Shown here piece by piece: positions 41,501 through 54,197 of a stretch of DNA of 64,000 bases (the stretch's first letter is position 1; the number at the start of each line of letters is the position of its first letter). The notes beneath the pieces were generated by a model, which was not told the origin of the DNA, did not search any database, and saw only the letters and a program-made list of their open reading frames with translations. Origin of the DNA: Chrysomallon squamiferum (taxonomy: Eukaryota; Animalia; Mollusca); assembly GCA_012295275.1 (NCBI GenBank), contig CM022665.1, positions 16,740,001 through 16,804,000 of the forward strand. Direction: 5' to 3'. A program made the translations under genes and the position numbers.

Positions 41501-44500
41501 GGGAGAAAATCATAACACGTGTGGAACATACACTCTTGTCTTCAGTTACTGTCAGTCATAAACACACAAAATCAAACATTAAGAAAATACACAGACTAAA
41601 TTAGTAAATATATTTTGTATACCTCCAAATGTCTCAACTGTGTATTTCTTGTTAATTTATACATTTAGACTGTCGACAGATAGGTATAAATCATCTAAAT
41701 GTAGTATTTATATTTTATATTTTCTAAATTTATATTTTACAGTTTAGTATTTCCATGTGACAGTTTTATTCTGTTCTTTTAAAGTAAATATCTTGTCATG
41801 AAAACAAGCAGCCTTAAAATATTTTGTGTTTTTTGGATAGATTAATTGTATGTTATTAAAGAGTAGCTAGGATAAGGCAAACTTATTGCTGGAAATAGCC
41901 TCAATTCATGTATTTCTTGACTTGAACAAATTAAGCTTGCTCACTTGATATTATTATTTGTTAACAACTATTTTATATATATACACAGCTCCAAAGAGTA
42001 ATCTAGCAATAAGAAAGCAGTTCATTTTCAACATATCTGTGGTGGCATAACGGATATTTCAATTTGCATACATTTAACTATTTCATTATATGTAATCTTC
42101 ATTTAAAAAGAAAAGAAATGAAAGGATGAAGTTAAAATTCCTGGAAATCACAATAAAATTAAATCAGATCATACTATTCTGGAATTTTCTAAAATGATCT
42201 AAAACAATTTCTTCAAGTTTTTTCAGTTTGGGATGTCCACTTATAAAAGCTGGCAACTGACTTGTACTACATGAACTGAAAAAAAAACAAACATTTTTCT
42301 TAGTTAAAATGAAAGAATATTTAACTGACTAATCTAATCTATTTATTTTATATCTTCATATTAACCAAATGTAGCTAAGGAAACAAAAAAAACAAAACCC
42401 AACAAAATCAGAAAGAAATGTAAAATATTAAAAGGATACAATCTAAAAACAAAAAAGAGAAAAGAAATAAAAAATAAAATAAAATAAAATAAAATAATTT
42501 GGAAATAAAGAGAAAATAAGTCAGTTTTTGATATAAATAGAATGAAATAATACTACACACCTATTTTCAATAAATTTTGTTTTTAACTCATCCATGATTT
42601 CCATGAAGTCAGCATTTCTCAACAATTCTGCTCTGGTTCTTCCAAAACTTTTCTCTCCACTGACAATGCCATCGAGGAAGGTATAAAATGGCCGAAGACC
42701 ATGTAGTTGAAGGAGTTCAGAAGCATGGTATAAACTCATTCCTAATGCAAAGTCACCCTCAACAACACCATATTGATTTTTCTATTTAATAAATAAATAA
42801 ATAGATAAAAAAAAAACAAAAAAAAAACATTTAAATAAAAATAAATAACAGATAAAACTTAAATAAATTAAATTAAAAAATAAAATAAAACACTATAAAA
42901 CAAAATAAAATAACATAAATAATTAAAATAAAATAAAATAAATAATTAGGATAATATAAAAGAAAACATCAGAATCTACGATAAACGTTTCTGTTAGTTC
43001 ATCTTTTAGAAAAAAAACACCAACTAACTGGTAAATTTTCTGGTGGGTTCTGTCTGAACATCTCTCTGGATTTTAACAACAGAAACTTTGAAAGACTTGC
43101 TGGGTCTCGTTTGTAAAGAACTCTAAAATGCACAAGTCTGGAAACTACCAGTGATATCACCTGCACAAAAAAAGGAAAGAGAATTAGAAAGCAATGTGCA
43201 AACAAGTTATCTCATCCTGAAAAGCAAAAAAGAGATAACTGAAAAATAACATGCCAGTGTGTTAATAATTATCTTATTCTAAGAAAATGTAAAATTTTGG
43301 CAAAATGACAAATTAAAATAATAAATAATATGATATAAACCAAAGGGAAATAAACAGAGAACAAAATGCATTAGTAACCAAATGATTGTCCCATTCCAAC
43401 AAAACCTTGATAAATTAATATTTTCACTGGATCAAAAAAGACATACTTTCTAAATAGTAATCCACTCTACAAATAAAAAAAGGCATAATTTCATGTCTGG
43501 AAAGAGCAGTGCGGGAATGTCTTGTCTGCCACAGATTTTACACTGACCATGTTATTCATGCCATAAAAAATATGATATACTAACATAATTCCAACAGTTG
43601 GCAAAATGTCACAACTCTTTGTTTGTCATCTTTGTGCTACAGAAAAACCAAAATTAACTTATGAATGTATAAAGTGATTGTAATTTGAAATGAAGCTACT
43701 GAAGTAAGAGAGAAAAATTAAATTAATTACATTAAAAAATTTAGTTTTGATTTTAGTCAGTTCATCTCCTAAAGGAATAACGATCTTCTCAACATTCCTT
43801 TTGTGAGTATATGGTTGGATATCGAGACAGTCTTCTGTTCGGATTTCAATGTGAGAGATGAGTAGATTGGTCAAAACTTGCTGTACTGCCTGAACAAATA
43901 AAATAAAATACTGGTAAACATGATAGTAGTAGTAGTAATAATAATAATAATGTAACTAAATATAAAGAGACAAAATATTGAGAATTCATCAAAAAAAGTT
44001 TATATTATTCTGCTGAAAGGTTACTAATACAAGTAGAATTAAAAGTAAAAGAAATTGAACTAATAAAATAAAAAGGATATGTTAATTTAAAATTCTTATT
44101 AAAATATGCCAACCTTTCTAATGGCTATCATTTGCACATTTAGAAAAGGATACAAAACAACACATCCCAAAATAATAATAATTTAATAATTTCCAGTTTA
44201 TAAAAATGTAGATACCTTGATGTCACTTCCGGGTGTAGCACTAAGAGCAAGGATTCTGAAATCTTTAGTGTATTTAATGGTTTCTCTGACAACCTAGAAT
44301 AAACAAAATTAAAAACAAAAATATACATGTGTAAGATTTTTTACTTTACATACATGAAAAGTTTCTCTAACATTGAGGATATAATTTTTTGAATTATAAA
44401 AATATAGAACAAGATAATATTTAAGAGTTGACTTTATATACAAGTATCAGAAAAACTAGTCAAATAAAACAGAAAACAATATAAATATTCTTTCAAAATT

Positions 44501-45721
44501 TTATGTGTCCACTACTAGAATTTGTTTCAAAACTTTATAATAAAAATATTATTAAAGAGAGAAACAAAAAAGCCATCAATATCTGGGATGATTTCTGATG
44601 ATGTTCATGATGATTTTTGTTTAGTACATGCCTGGCAGTAAGCATGGTTTCCTAAAGCTTTGTGAGCTTCATCAAACACCAAACATTTGATTGCATGGAC
44701 AGGACAAGTTCCTCGTGTCAGGTCGTTAGTTAGAACTTGAGGTGTTAAGAAAAATACTCTCTTGTTGTGCCATGCTTTTTGTCGATTTGTTGGATTCATG
44801 GAACCTTTAAATAAATTTTTGAAAAGAAGGTATCAATACATAAAGTTCTAGATTCGTAGGAAAATTTTATTCAACAAATGCACTTATGAAAAAAAAAAAT
44901 TATTGTTGTCAATACTGATTAAATAATATTTATTATTTTAGTTTAATTAATATAAAAATACCTGTCATTTCAGCTGTATCATCCTGGGGAATTCCCATTA
45001 TTTTATAGCAGGCTTCTATCTGTTGTGCAACAAGTGGTTTCGTTGGTGCCATGAAAATGATTTTGCCTTCAGGATACCATCGATAGAAGTTGTACATCAC
45101 CACAGCAGCAATAAAAGTCTTTCCCAGCCCAGTGGGAAGAGTCACAAGAGTATTTCTAAACAAAGATGTTTTTACAATACTATACTGATAATCCCTCACT
45201 GGATAATTTGTTGGGTAAATCCATAATCTTCCAGCATTTTTGTCAAACCCTGCTAAATCTGGTACCATTGACAAATCTGTGCTAGTTTTATCAAGATCTA
45301 CATCAATATCATCAACTCCCAATGAAATGTTTCCCAAATCAACCCCAGCTGAACTGCCAGTAGTTTGAGGTTTTCCAAAGTTACTGAATAATTTTGAAGT
45401 TTCTTTTGTAGCAGGTAATGATGGTTGCCCTAACTGATAGCCTTGGTTGGTGTTGTGTGTAACGGATTGTTTCCATTTACTTGTAGAAGGTCCACCTGAT
45501 GTAATTTTCTCACACATGTTTTTTTCAGAAACAAACAACATGCTCTCCTCCAGAGCACGAGTAAGCAAAGCATCATCATCATCATCTTCACAAAGATCTA
45601 TCATGTTATTTACATCAGGTTTTGTAAATGAAGATGACGATAATGTACTTTTCTTAACAGTCTCAGTTTCGGATTTGTATTGCCAGCTCTGGAATAATGT
45701 CTTCTGTTTTGATTTACTCAT
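23712..45721 (-). CDS. FANCM: Fanconi anemia group M protein (DEAH helicase/translocase with C-terminal inactive ERCC4-like and HhH domains); complete gene with one apparent 1-nt frameshift
   Basis: Helicase region: exon 44962-45721 ([11 protein letters not shown]; [13 protein letters not shown]; [21 protein letters not shown]; [10 protein letters not shown]), 44632-44804 ([14 protein letters not shown]), 44216-44293 (LALSATPG), ~43731-43889, ~43030-43161, ~42560-42781, ~42177-42275 (HPKLKKLEE), ~41368-41548 ([12 protein letters not shown]), ~40653-40859 ([18 protein letters not shown]). Middle region: ~39914-40135, ~39250-39385, ~38657-38813 ([14 protein letters not shown]), large exon ~34889-37992 (MM2-like FDLEF), small exons 34.3-31.0 kb (MM3-like [16 protein letters not shown]), ~29327-30293. 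C-terminus: ERCC4-like exons 28.9-24.5 kb ([22 protein letters not shown]), HhH exons ~24163-24257 and 23712-23823 ([10 protein letters not shown]). Confidence 0.97.
33363..33833. repeat. Degenerate ~115 bp inverted repeat pair in a FANCM intron; probable DNA-transposon/MITE relic
   Basis: 33363-33478 (GCTAATAACTTT..AGATATTGAACTGAAA..CATATCTCTGATAGCTTTTGACCAAGAGACA) aligns with the reverse complement of 33711-33833 (GCTAATAACTTT..AGATATTGAGCTGAAA..CATATCTGTGATAGTTTTTGACCAGGAGACA). Confidence 0.75.
40549..40592. repeat. Perfect 22 bp tandem duplication in a FANCM intron
   Basis: GCGTACAGTGCAATTACTAGCA x2 (40549-40570, 40571-40592). Confidence 0.9.
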
Positions 45722-46139
45722 GATTAAATTAACCTGCTGTTTTCATATTTCAGTCTTTAGATACCATAATTTAGATTATTTGCTGCTCAATCTTGTAACT
45801 ATGAAATGAATTTTCAGTATATTCTGAAGCATACATTAACATCTTGAAACAAGGAAATAATCTTAATACAGTGCAAACATTACAGATCATCTCACCTACG
45901 CTTATGATCTTCTGAGATGACATTGTGATTACAGCAAAATAAAACATTACTACAAAACTAATTAGTATTCCTTACATTGTATATATTATATAGTGTGTAT
46001 ATAAAAAGACAACAAAAAATACCCTTATTTTCTGCAAGTCAGTAAAAATCAGTTAAAAACTTGTAATCATTGATAATGTATTGGTTTTGCAATGATTTAG
46101 CACTGATGTAAAGTAAGTTAATAACATAAGCATATCTAT

Positions 46140-46957
46140 CATTATGCCGATTCAGGGTATTCCGATTTGAGATGGCCTGTTATAACGTTTACTAGTTTAG
46201 CCTTTAGCTGTTTGTATGTTTGCTTTCACCGTCTAAAAGTGTTGTGTCAATTGTTATTTTAAAAAAGTTAGTTTCAACAAGTTTATAAAAAAAATATATA
46301 TAATAATTTAATTTTTTTTTAGAAACGGTACCAATAAACTTCATTATGGTGGCGCATTATGTCACACCTGCAATCAAAAGGGTCTGTTAATTTCTCATAA
46401 AATCAAAAACCATGGATAGGTGCTTATTTGCATTTCAGTCATTACAACGATACCGTGCTTTCGAGTATTCCGCCGTTTCATAAATTTACTTTCTTGAAAA
46501 GAGAACGATAAGGGGAGATGATTAATAAACAAACTAAAGGAGTCGTTACTTTGTTTATAATTTATTCATAATTTTACGTGTCACGTTTTTAAAAAAATAT
46601 ATATCTATTATTATTAATATTAAATAAAATTAAAAACAAAATAACACTTTATTTAAATCACGTTAAAAAAAATAAAATAAATAAATATGTACGTATAGAA
46701 AAATGTGGATAAACCATGCCCATAGCGATAGTTACGTTGAAAAATTGCTAACCAGTCTAATGACCTGGATTTGTTTCTTTCGTTGTCAAACATGGCTGGA
46801 CGCTGGATTTTACGTTGATTCGGAATGAAACATTTATGTTACGAATTACATAGATATGACATAATCCATATATCATTTTATTACTGATAAAATTTCTATT
46901 TTACTAAAGAATATATTTCTACAATATATACATTGTGACTTGAAAATTTGTGCGAAA
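46140..46957. promoter_or_regulatory. Putative bidirectional promoter between FANCM (-) and MAP10 (+)
   Basis: Divergent ATGs only 1.24 kb apart (45721 and 46958). CpG-enriched patches at ~46140-46580 and ~46690-46845, including a YY1-like AACATGGCT at ~46789. Confidence 0.6.
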
Positions 46958-49862
46958 ATGCCTGGTAAGGAAGATTCACTTTTCTCGTTGGAACTTGTTG
47001 TGGAAAAAGTTTACATTCCGCACATAGCTTGTCGTTTTCCATCTGTTGCATTTAGACTGCTTGATTTTCCTACCATTGTAATTAATCACGTAGAGGATGA
47101 TTTAGCTCGAAGCATAAAAGCAAAAATTACAAGGGATCCCTACTATGAAGTTCCCGCACAATTCAGCGAATTGAAGGACAAACATGGAAATTTTATGATA
47201 AAAAAGGAAAATCTTGTTTATTTAAAATAACGGTGGATAGTTTAAAAAACCATCTGAATAATACTCCACTGTATGTCATGCTTATTGACACATTTCCAGA
47301 AATTCCAAAACTTTTAGGAAACAGTACTGTTCCATTAAACTTTATTATGGAAGAAATATGTGTTGATATTGCCAAGATGGGAACCACTGTACCATCAGTC
47401 CATGGAGACAAAGGTCTTTTCAAACTTTACAGTTTAATGGGTAAAGAAATTGGCTACTTTGTTCTTGGTTTCAGACTTCTCTGTTTGGGACCAAGTTTAA
47501 TTCCACATTTGCCTGAAGGGGCTCTTATTAAAAGAAAATCCAAGTTAACTGAGAGTGAGAAAGTAGAAAAAGTGACAGGACAGATCATTCATGTGAAAGA
47601 AGCAGATGACAAACTGTCGGATAATGAAGTACCTGCTCTCAGAGAAACAAAGGAAATGGGGTCAATGACAGATGTTGAGAAACATGACATGTTAATCCAA
47701 ACATTACAGATGGATGACAAAGCAGTCCATGTGGCAATATCAACTCCAGAAGAAAGAACAGCCTCTACACAAACTGAAAAGCACAAAAAGACTTCTAAAC
47801 AAAAAACAGACAGATTTCATAATGTGATAAAAAGATGGACCAGATATCTGAAGATGAAGAAATCATTGTTAATAATTTTGTTTGTCCTCCTCCATTGTTT
47901 TACAATAGCAAATCACAGCCTCATTTGAAAATCAAACCAATAATCTACCAGGATATGTCAACAACTGAAGATGATTTGTCAGTGGATGATTTAGAAAGCA
48001 CTTCAGAAGAAGAGATCAAAGTTAATAAGCAGAATAAATATGATAATAAAGGTTCACATGACAGATGTGTTGATAAAAATAATTCTAAACCAAAATCTGA
48101 TTACACTGTACAAAGCAAATCTTTTGTTAAAGGACCTGTCAACAAAAACAATGAGGAATTTGTTGAAAAAACTGGTCAAGATGCAATATTTCCAATTTTA
48201 ACAGCTTTACTGAATGAACTGAGTTGTATTCAGAATCCCCAGCTTCTCCAAAATGTCACAAAAAATGTGCAGAAATTAAAATTGCAGATTGTTCAGCAGC
48301 GTTCAGCTGTTTCAAAAATGAATGCTCAAGAATCTGAAATACTTGTTAAACCTTTGACCAAGTCTGAGAATGGAAAGGAAAATATTCCTGTAGGAAAGGA
48401 TGGTCCTGAAAAGAAGAGAGTTCGACAGTGTGCTCATCCACCTGAGCTTGTTTCCAAAAATAAAGGATGGTTGAGAAAGGTACCAGAATTTCACAGTCCA
48501 AAGAAAACACAACTTGCCTATCGGCTAACAAATACACAGAGATTGAGGCTTGCAAAGACAAATCCTCAATGGCTGGAAATGGCTGAGAAAGAAGAAGCTG
48601 AAGCAAAGATGAGAAAACAAGCTGCTTCAAAAAAGAATCCTGAATCTGATGATTTGGACATGACAAACTTCTCTGATACATTGACTGAAGTGCGTAGACT
48701 TGCTGAAAAAGAGTTGGAGAAGAAAGGAGAAAAAACTATAGATTCTCTTAACATGTCCTCTTTTAGAAGTGAAGGAAGAAAGCATCACAGAAAACATAAA
48801 AGCAAAACCCCAAGAAGCAGAAGCCCCAAAAGCAAATCTCATGGAACACAGTTAAGAAGTCGAACACCACAACCTAAATACCAGAGAGAGAAAGTTAAGA
48901 GTGCATTGTCTGATGATTCAGATGATGGCAAACCACACTTAGTTCCTTTGGAATCAGAAAGTAGAGTTATCAAGTCACCTGATTTGTACCGTCGTCCATT
49001 TACTCAGGTTGATAATGAAGATACTAGTATCAGAAGTGATTTGCCTAGCTCACAGAAAAGCATTGAGGTGCGATTGCCTAGTGTCCAGGGTAATGAAAGA
49101 GAAGACAGTGAAAATACAATGGATGAGGAAGATGAGGTTTCCTCTGATGATACGAGATACAGACAAAGCAGACACTTTCCAGGATTTGGAAAGGAAGACC
49201 GATCTTTTCCTAGAGCTATTAGTGGCAAGCCAAATGCCTCTCTTATGCAGTCAAGTGATTATGATCAGCCTCTAGAGTCAACCAGAGTATCTAAAAATTT
49301 CAACACAAATGGCCCTTCAAGAACTCTGGGCTCCACAGATTGTTATGACACTCATCAGTTTCATTCAACAGAAGAACCAGAACTTCTGGGTTTGGTCAGT
49401 GCTGAAGATCATCACTCAGAAGTCATGGACAGTGCCAGGCAGGGTAGAAATCAGTTATCAGCCAGTGTGGATAATTCTGCTAAATTTCCTGTTCTCAATC
49501 CAACAGCTTCTGAACAATCTCCAGTTCCAGCTACTCGCAGGTCAACTGTTAAACTTGACACTGGTAGAAGTGGCAGTCAGCCTGGAACTCCTGCTTCTCA
49601 TTCAGCAGCCAGTTCCAAGCGTCCAACTCCTCGACCAAGAAAACCAGTGGGCAAACTAGAGTCCATTCATACTGAATCAGTCAGCTCATACCTTCCTTCA
49701 GATCCTGAGAATGTTGTAGCATCTTTAAGCAGTGATGTTAATTACTCAGATGACTTCCATTCCATCCATGGACAGAATGATAGTTTAACAGACATTTCAT
49801 CACCTGATATTTCCATGCAAAGATTTATTCCAGATTCAAAACTAGCTTACACTATTAACTGA
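46958..49862 (+). CDS. MAP10: Microtubule-associated protein 10 (KIAA1383/MTR120) ortholog; intronless; ~968 aa once two 1-nt frameshifts are corrected
   Basis: LFSLELVVEKV, PSVAFRLLDFPT, (frameshift at ~47200) [46 protein letters not shown], (frameshift at ~47830) CPPPLFY, FPILTALLNELS, YRLTNTQRLRL. These match recalled MAP10 motifs LFSLELLVDWV, PAVAFRLLDFPT, GRGKSCLF, CPPPLYY. The three ORF-track ORFs abut with no room for introns. Confidence 0.88.
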
Positions 49863-51491
49863 GCTATATTTATTATACACGTTATATAAAAAAAATTGTT
49901 ATTTTATAAATAATAATTAAATTATTTTTCATTTGATATATTGAACAAATTGATTTATACAATTTTTTTAAAGTTAATTCCATACCTAATGTATGAAAAT
50001 TTTCCTGATTTCAGTATATTCTTATTTTTTTAAATTAATCATTTATTTTTTAAATATATTATATATCTAAATATTTGAATATTTCTTTGATCAATGGTAA
50101 ACAGTAATACTATAGATATGTAATGTTTTTTAGTTTTATTTACCTTGATGTAAAACACTTGAATTGTTTTTAGCATATTACTTTAGTTAGCTGTAGTTTT
50201 ATGATTTTTGATGTTGTTCATGTCTAATGTTACTGAATATTTGTAATTGAAACATTATTTTGTAGTCTTCTAAACATTCTGCACCTATTCTTTTGCTGAA
50301 GATAGTTTCAGTTGTTGTTTTTTTGTTGAAAACAAATGAAAAATAAATAATCTTAAAATGTGAATATGGATCATTTATTTATTTTTGATGGAAAAAAAGA
50401 GAAAAAAGTATGTGACCTCTCCGTTTCATTTTTTTGTCTTTTTAAAATTGATCATAGAAATTTCCAAAACAGACATCACAAATGACTATTAAGAACCTTT
50501 TTTTTTCAAAAGGAATTTAATTATAATTTCAGAACATTATTAATATTTTGACTTCCTTATTTCTATATATATCTAGTTTATATATTTAATATAAAACAAT
50601 AAACTGTGGATTTTTTTCAGTATATTTTTTTTCAATGCTATTAAATTGAAAAAGAAAAAATATAAAATGAAAACCATGAGCTGATACTTGCATTTGGAAA
50701 GGGGTTCAAATGACGTAAACACTGTACATGCTATGAAACTTCTGATAACTAACTGTATCAACTAATCAAATTTATCAATGCACAGATAACGTGAGTATAA
50801 CTTTTGCTTAGTGATAATATCCCATTTAGAGCTGGTGCAGAACAGTAAACTATCCTAACAAGATGAATCAATAAAGATATATTTTTTTTAAATTAGTACT
50901 AGAGATAAATATGCTTAAGAAAAAAAAAAAAAAATAAAAAACTTCGTGTAAAACTTATCTAAAATTTATTGTTATTTGTAGCAAAATGTTAAATATAAAT
51001 TTACAAAAATACTGAAGGTATGTATAAGCAAACAAATAGTCTATATAAATTTTGTACATTTTCAAGTATTTTTTTTTTCCCTTTTCACAAATGCCAGATC
51101 TTAAAACAGAAATGAGAAGAACAAACTGGATGTTAGATTTTTAAATGTATGAAAGAAAGAAAGAACACGTAATCCATGTAATGTTTTCTTACTGAAAAAA
51201 GAAATCAGAACCAGAACCATTTGAAATTTTATTTTCAGTTTGTTTGCTGCATCAGAAAGTTATTGTATCTGCTTTATAAACAATGAATGAAATATATTTT
51301 AAAACATGAACAGTGAACCTTGCACAGCAAGAAATACAAATTTAAAAAAAAAAAAGAAAACAAAAAAAAAGAATGAAAACAAAACATCTTTGCACTTTGG
51401 AATGCATCAAAATAATGACCTCAGCATCATTAAATATGTTGTTTTGTTTCTCCCAAACTGACACACACCAAGTTAAAAAATAGTATTATTG

Positions 51492-53748
51492 CTATTTAAA
51501 AAGTTGTAGTTTTTCCTTAATAAATTCTTCAGTCAATTCTTCTGGATTGCGTATGTCAAAAACCTATAAAAAAATATAATAATATTGATAAATAAACATG
51601 GGAAACATTTTATAACAGGATGGTGAAAATGCACTAAAACTTGGAATATAAACCTGCAATTCTATATATTTAATGGTTTGTATCTGAATTCCTTCACAAA
51701 AAATTATTTCCAGTAGCAGTTACTTTGTTTAAATAAAATGTTTTTAAATTAAATCTTTTTACAACTGAGATGCAGTCTTCAAATTATTACAAAACTCATT
51801 CTGATAATGTAAGTTTTATATAAGGAGTTTTTAAGTTTATTTATTTATTTATACATTTAATAATTACATTTAAAATACAAATGTTAAAACTGTAATAATA
51901 AAAAGAAATTATAATAATAATATTAATATTTTATTTAAATAGTCAGTACAAAATTATTCTCCTCTTTGCATTTTCAACAATTTTAGTACTGTATAACAAA
52001 AAGATGTTACGACTTTTCTGCTAAAATCGAATTAATTAAATCATGAATCAGAATAAAGAGAAGTGACTTTAAATATCCTGAAATGGGTTAATATTAAAAA
52101 TGTTTACTTTGGTTGCTTTTGCTGCTTCCACCACCGCCAGCTTGGTTCCTGCATACATCATTTGAAATTCAGGTTTACAGCCTTCCAGTTAAAGAAGAAG
52201 ATGAAGAAAAATACATATATTTCAGTTATTCCAAGTAAAGGAAGTAACATGTAGTAATTATTTAATGTTATCAAAGAGTTTGTTCTTTGAGAAAATTTCA
52301 GTGAAATCTTCATCACACATAATAATTAAGCTAAAGACTTGGGTATTTACATTATATAATATATATATTTTCATAACAATACTATTATTCAAAAAGTATT
52401 TCAATTACATTAATATAAAAAATTCATATTAATTGCTTTCTTTGTCTTCTTTATTATCATTTTAGGCTCATTCAGTATTGATTCAGAATTTACAGAAGTT
52501 AACAGAACTTAATAAATAAAAATAAAAATGACTTGTAAGAAACTTACATAAAAATAGTGTACTGTTATTAAACTATACTGTTCTTACCCAAAGGACTACA
52601 GAAGATAAAAATTAAAGGATAGGACACTCTGCCATCATCGTGTGTGTGCACATAGCTAATGACAACATAGCGAGGCTGCGATGATGATAACTCCCCTTGA
52701 ATTTCTTCTATACTGCAATCCTAAAAGAAAGAAAGCCACTACATTATGTGAGAGGAAACTGGCTATTACAGTAAAATAAAATTATTTATTTACTTTTTAT
52801 TTTTTCCGTGACATACTTTCATTTATTAAAAGCAGAGGCATTCTTTTGTATGCAACACCTCCACAGAAAAGAACATATAATTTTTGCATACAATTTATTG
52901 GCTATAGCCTGAAACAGTCTTAGATAAAATTAATTAATCCTGAAATCTATCAAGCCTAAGGAGACTGCACTATCCAACCTTGCAAAAGTAAACTTAATGG
53001 CTCACATAAAATTATCACAAAATACTTATTAATGAAATATATTTGCTTTTGCAATAAATGAAATCAACAAATATTGTTAACATACTATTCCATTAATAAA
53101 TCACCTCATATTCTTCATCAATAACAACATTCAGTTTCTCAGGATCAATTTTTACTGAAACAAGTCAGAAATATCATCAATCTTTGCATTTAATTAGAAA
53201 TAAAACTGATTTATTTACTAGCTTTTTAAATTTGCAAGATTTCATTTTCTAAGAAAATGTATTTGTTATTTATTTTTAAAAAGTCCAAACACACACACAC
53301 TTGTTTATTTTTCTGTTATTAATATGTAGACAATTATATTTATCAGCATGCATATATATTATAAAATATAAAATACCAATCATTCATGTGAATAAAGATT
53401 AATAATATTTTTAGATTTCAATTTAATCAAATCAATTATTTCAGGCCACACTCACACATGATAGCAGCAACAGTTTTTTCTTTCCTAAATTTAAACTTTT
53501 TCAACTTTTCTGCAACTTCTGGATTTATACTGCATATCTGAAGACTCTGAGCCTAATAGAAATAAATAAATAATAAGAAAAAAAAATTAAATTAAAAAAT
53601 AGAACCTGATAGAATGATACCTCTTCTATAATAATAACTTAATAAAACTATACTTTCAGCACTTTCATGGTTTGTAAATGGGTATGACTGCTTTACTTTT
53701 TATATTCCTGATTTGCTTAGACTTTTAATCTTGCATCTTGCAGATACA

Positions 53749-53796
<48 letters not shown>

Positions 53797-54197
53797 TTGT
53801 TACATATTACTAATTTAATAATTACTTTATAAATAAAAAAGTTAATAACGAATAATGAATATTCAGTTATTTTGCTACAATCGTTTCTGTTAATAAGATT
53901 ATAAAATACAAGATACTTAAATCATTTTATTTATAATATATTAATTTTGATTTGCTTCTAAGTTCTAATACAAATGTTTCTATTTATTATTTCATATTAT
54001 AATAAATAAATAATTATACATTCTACATCAACCATAGTTATTTTAAACATCCAAATTAATTATAAGTACAAATTTATGATGGTAAAATAGTAATCACTTA
54101 AGACAATCTCACTAACAACTATTCATTTAATATAACAATGAATTAGTTAAAAAATAATAATAATAATAATAATAATAACAATAAATAACAGTACCAT
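51492..54197 (-). CDS. GMF: Glia maturation factor (ADF-H family, Arp2/3 regulator), 142 aa; single GMFB/GMFG-like gene
   Basis: Exons 54195-54197 (ATG only), 53456-53552, 53105-53154, 52588-52720, 52108-52181, 51492-51563 total 429 nt, all phases consistent. Translation: [142 protein letters not shown]. Hallmarks HDDGRVSYP and GCKPE.QMMYAG are present. Confidence 0.97.
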
